Positions 58,101-64,000 of a stretch of DNA of 64,000 nucleotides are shown one piece after another (positions within the stretch are counted from its first letter, which is position 1; each line of letters opens with the position of its first letter). The stretch covers positions 806,001 through 870,000 of the forward strand of contig CBFFRQ010000089.1 in NCBI GenBank assembly GCA_965644315.1. The letters run 5' to 3'. This DNA is from Caecitellus pseudoparvulus (taxonomy: Eukaryota > Protista > Bigyra: Bicosoecida). A model generated the notes under the pieces. The model worked only from the letters and a program-made list of their open reading frames with translations, made no database searches and was not told where the DNA came from. Both the position numbers and the translations under genes were made by a program.

Positions 58101-60415
58101 CCATGGCATCTGCCAGCAGTCGGCGCCTGGTGGTTGGTAAGGGCGAGCCTGACCGCCTGACGTTCACAGCCAAGCAGCGCCGACGCCGCACCAGTACGTT
58201 GGAGGTGCTGCGTGCGTCAGTGCCGTTCTTTGTGCAGTGGAGCAACCTGAGCGTGAGCTGGTGGAGCCGCCTCCTGCGTGGCTCCCTCACAACGCTGCTG
58301 TTGGTGAGTGGTCTCACGCTGTCCTTCACCATGACAGCCGCCACGAACGAAGCGCTGGCGTCCGCTGCTGGGCGAGGCAAGGTGGACATCTGCCCAGTGG
58401 CGGGCACACCCATCTCAGACGAAGCGCTGGAGGCAGACCCCAACCTGCTGCCGTGCTACTGCCGGGAGCTGGACTTGCCATCTGCGCTGACGGATCCCCG
58501 CTGTTCCGGGTGGGTGGAGGCGGCTACGGTGGGCATGGGCGTAACCCTGGCGTCCTCCGTCACCATGGCAGGCGTGAACGTGCTGCTGCAGTTCGTCATC
58601 TTGGCCCTGACGCCCTTTGAAGCGCACTGGAGCAAGGATGCCGAGCAGCTCTCCCTCACCTGGCGCCTGTTCGTGTCCCTCTTCTTCAACACCGCCCTCA
58701 TCCAGCTGCTGGTGACGACGGACTGGAATGCCTTGTTTGGGCTGGACCTTGGCTTCAACTCCGCCGCAGACGGACGCCTGTACGCGGACCTGTTCTCGCC
58801 GGCCTGGTACGCCAACGTCGGCAGCGTGCTGTGTGCGGTCATGGCCTTCAACGTCGTCGCCCCGCACATGCTGCCGCTGTCCCAGCTGCTGCTGTACTCG
58901 TGCCAGCGCAAGTGGGCCACGCGGCGACCCATGTGGACGTGCTGGTGGCCCGTGACGCTCGTCTTTGCCTGCGATGGCGCCTGCTGCCCGTGTCTGTGTG
59001 GCGGCAGCGCGCGCCCCGTGTGTCCGGACCTGTGTGGCGGCATCTGCGTCTGCTCTGGCGCCTGCTGCTGCTTCGTCATGTCCTGTGCGGCGTGTGGCAG
59101 CGTGCAGGGCTCTCGCAGCCGGGCCATGCGGCACGGCACGCTGTCCAGGGGGGCCTCCCGCTCCTCTTCGTCCGACGACGGCCTGGGCATTGCTGTGGAC
59201 ATGGCGCTGAAGACCAGTGCGGCAGGACCCAGCCCCACCAGCAGCAGCCGGGCAGCGCTGGACTCTGGCCTGGCGAGTGGCGGTGGCAACGCCATGTTCG
59301 GGCGGCCGCTGCGGAGTGCAGGGGAGGACGAGGAGGGCGTGGAGATGGTGGGTGGGCGCGTGGGCAGCGGCGCCACGCACGTGCGGTCGCCGCTGCACAC
59401 TGACTCCACCCCGGCCGACAGACGCCGACGGCGGCGCATGACGCCCCCCACCGGCATTGGCCTGGACTCGTCGGTGATGGAGGCAGACTTGGCGGGACCC
59501 ATCATGCGTGTGTGTGACCCGGTGTGTGGCGCGTGTGTGCGGCGCCTGGAGGCTGGCTGGTTTGACTGGTGGGCGCCCAAGTCCCAGCGCCAGCTGAACG
59601 CCATCTTCACGGGCCCAGAGTTCCCCATCATCCAGCGGTACAGCGCCATCCTCACGACGGTGTTTGCCACGCTCATGTACAGCAGTGGCATCCCCCTCAT
59701 GTACCTGCTAGCGCTCGTGTCGTTCCTGCTGTTCATCGCCCTGGACAAGGCGCTGCTGCTGCGCTTCTACCGCAACCCGCTGCACTACGACAGTCTGCAG
59801 ATTAGCTCCCTGTCGGGCCTCATTCCCGCCGCCATTGTCCTGCATTGCATTATTGCTGCGTGGGCCTTCACGAACGACGCCGTGTTCCCGACGCGCGGTG
59901 ACAGTGTGGACGTGCTGCTCGTCCCGGCGCCTGACCTGGTGAACAGCCTCAGGGCACTCGTGCCCCTGAACGTGAACATTGTGGAGCGCCTCACCCGCGC
60001 ACACGTCCTGCCCATGCTGGGGCTGGCAGTGCTGGTGGTGTTCGTCGAGGTGGTGGTGCGGGGCAGCGTGGCGGTGGCAGACGGCTGGCGCCGGCGTGGG
60101 TGCTCCCTGCACAAGGCACGCGACCCCGTGCACGCGCCGTACTCCCAGCTCAAAGCGCAGAAACGCATCAAGGGCATGTCCACGTACAACATCTTGGAGG
60201 GCGTGGAGCTGAGTGAGCGGCTGAACCTGCCGGAGCACTTTACAGACCACTTCAGCTCCCTCTCTGACGTGTTGCTGTACCAAAGCCGCCGCATGGAGCA
60301 AATCATGAAGTGGACAAGTTTCAAAGTGCAGGCAACACAGCGCCAGCACAGCATTGCCAAGGCAAAGCACAGCGTCAAGAAGGCTTTCACTGCCGCCACA
60401 GAGGAAGACATCTGA
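55127..60415 (+). CDS. OSCA/TMEM63 (CSC1-like) multi-pass ion channel with large insertions, ~1762 aa
   Basis: DYTVFVRGIP, GAFITFE, VQWSNL, FEAHWS..FFNTALIQLL, WYANVG, QLNAIFTGPEF..RYS, YSSGIP and DKALLLRFY..P..YD, with multiple transmembrane segments. First ATG in the frame is 55127. Confidence 0.8.
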   Translation: MQGKPPASRTMRAAVAQGKPPGSPPRGGSPPLGRRRTGSVAGRRGELRPHGSPGGGAPSSKFAPGGAAARTRDVNRLLETIDSQMAAVRSQRYTRRATRAAALLTPLPEGLDEVDIEVEEEACVGGLEAPDAGSSSRKGASSKVDLKVALNWAEQVHPRVEVGTHRVPLEICSTQLGRHCCVFCRWCDPCREGIYSELEAFGPAVSMFFKDLKCMALVFLVLSVLAVPTILLNVTLGTGAVSPTVLLNARFTDTMLGNLGSPVVSAGNASALNGTSNVETFQLALDSVGVCGVAERNEAVRALCSLGEGDIAGLYVGLDVAVMLLFWLLYCWWRVFQRRENWLVDRDFVSAGDYTVFVRGIPNEVDELTLKSHFEEVIGEAVASVSIARDEKEYTRLAATAGVMLRRWEELAAATAKQVLVDAAMQRGLAGASEVMDLGGPSDPAEPASASGRPGGPPPITGSPRTRSLAGRGRAPPGPGGMEPPSYGNSSSDLLGDIEAAAELITGLKVTQRVGVGGVAMPGLGAREEVGGDESVHLTFAEADASVTARLRTISTIAGQTAGDALEAERRTVLARLRSLIRQVRRARSMHVGVLADAVRFNDQELLRGCDPAVVRAGAATAWRGLGATTGAFITFERQMGKLKALKAYSNSRWRVCRVFCQGRALRLVPDISPRMVTSAVKRLARGGVRRRRAASRRQSQWDAILARSSSTSSKDKAEPSVEDEDVQRVLQPARGSALSALSMAAARVPVRSVIQLESDSESDEERSSPSSPPGSPGGRSVLHGAQPPKPRRSRRQSAVDAWATAASRRGTGRGLSLLPIVTTEGDLPPPRASEDSAALHASGESPVLASRVQTAPAVVPQSSDSLEQRAIRRSVATLRRLSQRWHTGIGPSGLLSSLEAQAGEEGEGGETGSDGARRSTESKKGAERMAFAGVRARKGSSACADGKASPPPRPSSPVGRSKLGALAVLASVRNLDMPPPSSQAHTTVGTTMASASSRRLVVGKGEPDRLTFTAKQRRRRTSTLEVLRASVPFFVQWSNLSVSWWSRLLRGSLTTLLLVSGLTLSFTMTAATNEALASAAGRGKVDICPVAGTPISDEALEADPNLLPCYCRELDLPSALTDPRCSGWVEAATVGMGVTLASSVTMAGVNVLLQFVILALTPFEAHWSKDAEQLSLTWRLFVSLFFNTALIQLLVTTDWNALFGLDLGFNSAADGRLYADLFSPAWYANVGSVLCAVMAFNVVAPHMLPLSQLLLYSCQRKWATRRPMWTCWWPVTLVFACDGACCPCLCGGSARPVCPDLCGGICVCSGACCCFVMSCAACGSVQGSRSRAMRHGTLSRGASRSSSSDDGLGIAVDMALKTSAAGPSPTSSSRAALDSGLASGGGNAMFGRPLRSAGEDEEGVEMVGGRVGSGATHVRSPLHTDSTPADRRRRRRMTPPTGIGLDSSVMEADLAGPIMRVCDPVCGACVRRLEAGWFDWWAPKSQRQLNAIFTGPEFPIIQRYSAILTTVFATLMYSSGIPLMYLLALVSFLLFIALDKALLLRFYRNPLHYDSLQISSLSGLIPAAIVLHCIIAAWAFTNDAVFPTRGDSVDVLLVPAPDLVNSLRALVPLNVNIVERLTRAHVLPMLGLAVLVVFVEVVVRGSVAVADGWRRRGCSLHKARDPVHAPYSQLKAQKRIKGMSTYNILEGVELSERLNLPEHFTDHFSSLSDVLLYQSRRMEQIMKWTSFKVQATQRQHSIAKAKHSVKKAFTAATEEDI

Positions 60416-60449
60416 TGGTCACGAGCTGTGTGCACTGCCTGGGATACCG

Positions 60450-61526
60450 CTAGGTGGCAGGGTCTGCCTGGGGCCGCAGCCGCTTACAGGCGTCAGCGTA
60501 CGTGTCGTGCACTGGCACATGCCCTGCCCAGTGCACATCGCCGTCGGGTGACGTGCGCACTTTGAACGCGACCACCAACACGCCCTCCCGCCGAGCACGC
60601 TGGAAGAGGTCAGCATACACAGCGTCAGCCCGGGCACAGGGGGCGAATGCATCGCAGTCATTTCTCTGAACCACCAGCACGAGGGCTGCCACAGGAGCAG
60701 CCGCGGGAGACGTGTCGGTTGGCGGGCTGCCGAATTCTTGCTGCAAGTTCAGCAGCTCCTCCAGGTGCCGCTGCCCCCGCACTGTCGTGGTGTCTGGGAA
60801 GAGGGCAGTGGGGCGGTATCGATGCGACAGAGAGGCATGTGGGGCGTCCCTGTCACCAGCGAAGGGCGAGGCTGGGTGGTGGTCGCTCAGCGTCACGCTC
60901 TTGACTTCGACAGCCAGGACCGAGCCGTTCTGGCGCTTCAGGAGGAAGTCCAGGCGAGTCTTGGGCCCCTTAGATGCCGTGCGCTTGGTCGCACTTGCAA
61001 TGGGGGTGTCACTCCCACCCCGGGCTCGCTTTCGACTCGCTCCTGCCTCGCCAGCGACGGAGTCTGCGTTCGACCCGGCCAGAGCTTGGCGGACCACTGG
61101 CATGGGTGCCTCCCGCCTGAGCACCTCCAAGGGAGCCCCTCCGCCCAGCGCCTCGTCCAGAAGGCCGGCATCTACAGCAGCAGCCACCATGTGGTTGGCT
61201 GCGGCAGAGTGGATGCCCACCCACTCGGGGGCGTGTGCTTGACTTGCCGCCTGCACGGCCACGAGGGAGTAGCCGAGCTTGCGCTTGGGGTCGGAGTTGG
61301 CGCTGACCAGGCAGGGCACCTCGCCGTCCAGCAGGCCAGTCATGGGGCCGGTGTTGGGGCAGTGCGCCACGACCACATCGTCGCTGGTGGGGGCTTGCAA
61401 GACCTCTGCACCAGTCGGCTTGTCCAGGCGCACGTCTGCCAGGAACCGCTTGTACCGCCGCAGCAGGGTCCCCCTCAGCAGTGTACCGAACGAATGGAGC
61501 ACTGGTATCTTAGTCGACGCAGCCAT
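60450..61526 (-). CDS. sfsA: SfsA (sugar fermentation stimulation protein A, PD-(D/E)xK nuclease fold), ~358 aa
   Basis: LLRRYKRFLADV, AHCPNTGPMTGL, RKLGYSL, WVGIHSAAAN, RLDFLL, VEVKSVTL, FPDTTTVRGQRHLEEL and VVQRND..FAP..D..YA..GV. Confidence 0.92.
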   Translation of the reverse strand: MAASTKIPVLHSFGTLLRGTLLRRYKRFLADVRLDKPTGAEVLQAPTSDDVVVAHCPNTGPMTGLLDGEVPCLVSANSDPKRKLGYSLVAVQAASQAHAPEWVGIHSAAANHMVAAAVDAGLLDEALGGGAPLEVLRREAPMPVVRQALAGSNADSVAGEAGASRKRARGGSDTPIASATKRTASKGPKTRLDFLLKRQNGSVLAVEVKSVTLSDHHPASPFAGDRDAPHASLSHRYRPTALFPDTTTVRGQRHLEELLNLQQEFGSPPTDTSPAAAPVAALVLVVQRNDCDAFAPCARADAVYADLFQRARREGVLVVAFKVRTSPDGDVHWAGHVPVHDTYADACKRLRPQADPAT

Positions 61527-61815
61527 TCGGTTGAAGATGCCAGCTTGAAGGGCAGGGCCACACGAACGGCGAGGCACTGGTTGGGAGGCTGAAACGCCTG
61601 TGAAACGGCTTTCGAGTGGGCCAAATGTGAGCGATAAGGCGGTCTAGTGGAGGATGCACGTTCAGCAGGTGGAGAGAGGGCAGTTGTTGATTTTGGTTTG
61701 CGGCACGGTGGGGTGATTGCTGGCACTGGGAGCACGTCAGGGCAGGGCAAGCATGTGTGGGGCTGCACTTCATGTTTGGCCAAGCCTGCGCTTTTGTCTG
61801 CAGACAACGAGGTGC

Positions 61816-62586
61816 TCAGGCACGCACTGGCTGGAAGGTTCGCCTTGTGTGCCTTGGCCTCTGGTTCATCCAGGCTGGGAGAGGCGGCCCTGGTGCCTTG
61901 GACGCTGGAGTTAGTGAGCTGCCTGCTGCGCTGCTTGCTGGAGTGCTGAGCAGACGCCCAGCGCTTTGGGGCGACTTGACTGCGGCCTCAGGGGGTGGAG
62001 TCTGAAAGTTCGGATCTCGTTCGCCCAGTGGCGTGTGGGAGACGGGTCCGAGGACCCGTCCGTGTCTCTTCAAGCTGTCGCTCGACCGGCCGGGCGAAGG
62101 CTTCGTCGGCCTGCCTCGGCGTCGGCCAGCTGGCGCGGGGCTGGGCGTGCGTAGCTCAATGACTCTGGGTTTTCGTGTGGATCCCTTCTTTGCCTTGCGC
62201 TTCGGTGCCTCTGCCTGCCTGCTGCGAGGCGCCTGGTGCGCAGTGTTTCGCAGCTGCGCAGCCTGCGTTGCGCACGAAACGCGCGGGGTTCAGCCGGCGC
62301 CTTGCGCCTGCGACTGCTGTGGCAACCCACCTTCAGCGCCGCTAGCTCGGCTGACAGGGAGTAACAACGGGCTCTGAACTCGGCGAGCTGTCCCAGGAGC
62401 ATGCGCTGCCAAGGCAGCAGGCGTTCGGAGTGCTGGTTGTGTGCGTTGCACACTCGCCGCGAGTCATACGTTTTGTTCCAGCAAGGCGTGGTTCCGATGC
62501 TGGAGGGAAACAACTGTGGCCAATGAATCTGATCCTGCCGTAGGCTCTCGTGGAGCCGACGCGGTGGGCGACACGTACTGCGCCAT
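61816..62586 (-). CDS. Hypothetical basic protein with shugoshin-like N-terminal coiled coil, ~212 aa; join(62586..62470,62405..62331,62262..61816)
   Basis: Two phase-0 introns of typical size (64 and 68 nt) give one frame: MAQYVSP..LQHRNHALLEQN|RMLLGQLAEFRARCYSLSAELAALK|..KRKAKK..RRRGRP..TPLGERDPN..RPRHTRR. Confidence 0.6.
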
Positions 62587-62907
62587 GCTGCAGCAATGGC
62601 AAGGTGTATGCTCGGACCCACCGAGTGCTTTTCACACACAAAAGGTAGTGCATTTGCATGCAAGTGGCGTAGGCAGGGGGGCGGTTTCAACGAAAGCAAG
62701 CAAGTGGTAGAAGGAAAGTGCTGCTGCATTGCATCTGACCTCTTCCTTGCCTGCCCAGGCACGGGAGCAAGCTGTTTGTGCCCAGGTCCTACAGCGGGTC
62801 TCGCTGCACTGGCGCAGACAGGGAGCCAAACAGGCCCCCGATCCATAAAGCCCAAACTACTACAGGCGGTAAGGCCCCTTGTCGCAAAAAATCCAGCCTA
62901 GTCTCGC

Positions 62908-64000
62908 TCAAGCCTTCTTCGGCTTCGGTACGACGAAGTTCAGGATGGGCGCCTTGCCTTTCAACACGACGACTGTGCGCGTCACAGCCGCCATGTCAAG
63001 GCCTGCCAGCGGCCCCTCCTGGGCGATGGTGCCCTCTACAATGTGGCCCTGTTCCTGAAGCGCACTCAATACCAAGTCACGCACGGCGGCGACATCGTTG
63101 GCTTGCACAAGCTCACTGGGCACGTCAACAAGCGTGCGTTTTTCGCCCATGACTTGCACAACCAGAGGCACAGATGACACGACCAGCGCTGCAGGATCTG
63201 CTTGCGGCCAGGACTGCCCATGCACGGCGCCTGGGCTCGAGATGTCCCCTGCGTGGGCTGACGCTGGGCAGCTGCCGTGCTGCGCCAACGTCTGCCAGGC
63301 CTCGGCAGCGAAGTGGGGAGCCATGGGGGCCAGACACAGCACCAGGGCGCGCAGAGCTTCCTCCACGGCGCCTGGGCTGGCCCCTTCGCCTTGAGCTGCA
63401 GTGATGGCGTTGGACAGCTTCATCAGCTCTGCGACCGCGACGTTGAAGGCGTGCGTGGTCTCAAACGCCTCGGACACGCCAGCGATTGCGGCGTGTGTGG
63501 CCCGGCTCAAGCTCGCATCAGCGTCAGGCGCAGGGGCGGCCTCCGTGCCAGTGGAGGCCACCCACGAGTGCAGCTGGCCCCACATGCGGTCCAGCCACCT
63601 GCGCTGCCCCACGAGCGTGGCGTCGTCCCACTCCAGCTCCTTCTCAGGCGGCGCCTTGAACAGCGTGTACAGCCTGCAGACATCCGCGCCGTGTTCCTGC
63701 TGGACGCTCTCTGGCGCCACGCCGTTCCCTTTGCTCTTGGACATTTTCTCCCAGGCCACGGTGACGCCGGGAGGGGTGGCGGCTCCGTCGGCGGGGAGTG
63801 GCACCAACTGCCCGCTCTCTGCTTCACGCGCAACCTTGCCCAGGACCATGCCTTGCGTGAGCAGCTTGCGGAACGGCTCCGCAGCATGCGCCGCCTCCTC
63901 CTGCGGCGCCACAATGCCCTGCTGCACCATGACTTTGTGAATGAAGCGAGAGTATAGCAGGTGCAGCGTCGCATGTTCGATGCCCCCGACGTAAAAATCC
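62908..64000 (-). CDS. LARS2: Leucyl-tRNA synthetase, bacterial/mitochondrial type, C-terminal part (5'-partial)
   Basis: DFYVGGIEHATLHLLYSRF, EPFRKLLTQGMV, KMSKSKGNGV, GADVCRLYTLFKAPPE, FNVAVAELM and LAPMAPHFAAEAW. Confidence 0.95.
   Translation of the reverse strand, partial: DFYVGGIEHATLHLLYSRFIHKVMVQQGIVAPQEEAAHAAEPFRKLLTQGMVLGKVAREAESGQLVPLPADGAATPPGVTVAWEKMSKSKGNGVAPESVQQEHGADVCRLYTLFKAPPEKELEWDDATLVGQRRWLDRMWGQLHSWVASTGTEAAPAPDADASLSRATHAAIAGVSEAFETTHAFNVAVAELMKLSNAITAAQGEGASPGAVEEALRALVLCLAPMAPHFAAEAWQTLAQHGSCPASAHAGDISSPGAVHGQSWPQADPAALVVSSVPLVVQVMGEKRTLVDVPSELVQANDVAAVRDLVLSALQEQGHIVEGTIAQEGPLAGLDMAAVTRTVVVLKGKAPILNFVVPKPKKA

Noticed and set aside
56185-59748. Long antisense ORFs (752 aa, 430 aa) and similar shadow ORFs elsewhere, e.g. 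23244..24398 and 53156..54193
   Set aside because: Expected opposite GC-rich coding sequence; no recognisable motifs, and they overlap well-supported genes.
15024-62469. Introner-like repeated introns
   Set aside because: I saw no shared internal sequence or terminal repeats among the introns by eye; an all-versus-all alignment would be decisive.
1-64000. Prokaryotic operon or defence island, suggested by kbl, sfsA, NUDIX, leuS-type and HMW1C-like genes
   Set aside because: Spliceosomal introns and eukaryote-specific neighbours (NUP155, COG2, ESF1, USP). GCAT and LeuRS are ordinary mitochondrial-type nuclear genes.
1-64000. CRISPR arrays, transposases, LTRs, endogenous viral elements, stop-codon recoding
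   Set aside because: No repeat-spacer pattern, integrase, reverse transcriptase or capsid motif, or AT-rich island was seen. Apart from the TOGARAM break, gene models close with standard introns and the standard code.

Overview
A GC-rich, very gene-dense eukaryotic nuclear region, not prokaryotic. I reconstructed 21 protein-coding genes and 29 short GT-CAG spliceosomal introns by hand; the ORF track misses many true starts and exons. In order: NUP155-like (5'-partial), a ~4350-aa USP9/24/34-like deubiquitinase, GCAT, JMJD8-like, COG2, a bacterial-type NUDIX hydrolase, a coiled-coil hypothetical, TOGARAM1/Crescerin-like (one frame break), a second coiled-coil hypothetical, ESF1, CPYC glutaredoxin, TPP1-like S53 peptidase, a membrane-anchored class I PDE, NSE2/MMS21-like, an oversized karyopherin-beta, an HMW1C-like GT41 glycosyltransferase, CTP synthase, an OSCA/TMEM63-like channel, SfsA, a shugoshin-like coiled-coil gene, and an organellar LeuRS (5'-partial). 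TOGARAM suggests a flagellated protist; a heterotrophic stramenopile is only my guess. The best leads are: (1) a strand-specific AATGCA hexamer just after the stop codon of 11 of 21 genes, a candidate non-canonical polyadenylation signal; (2) a bacterial HMW1C/NGT-type N-glycosyltransferase with a predicted signal peptide; (3) a prokaryotic-type SfsA nuclease-fold gene with an NLS-like insertion. I recognised no tRNA, rRNA, CRISPR array or mobile element. Family assignments rest on motif recall, not database searches.
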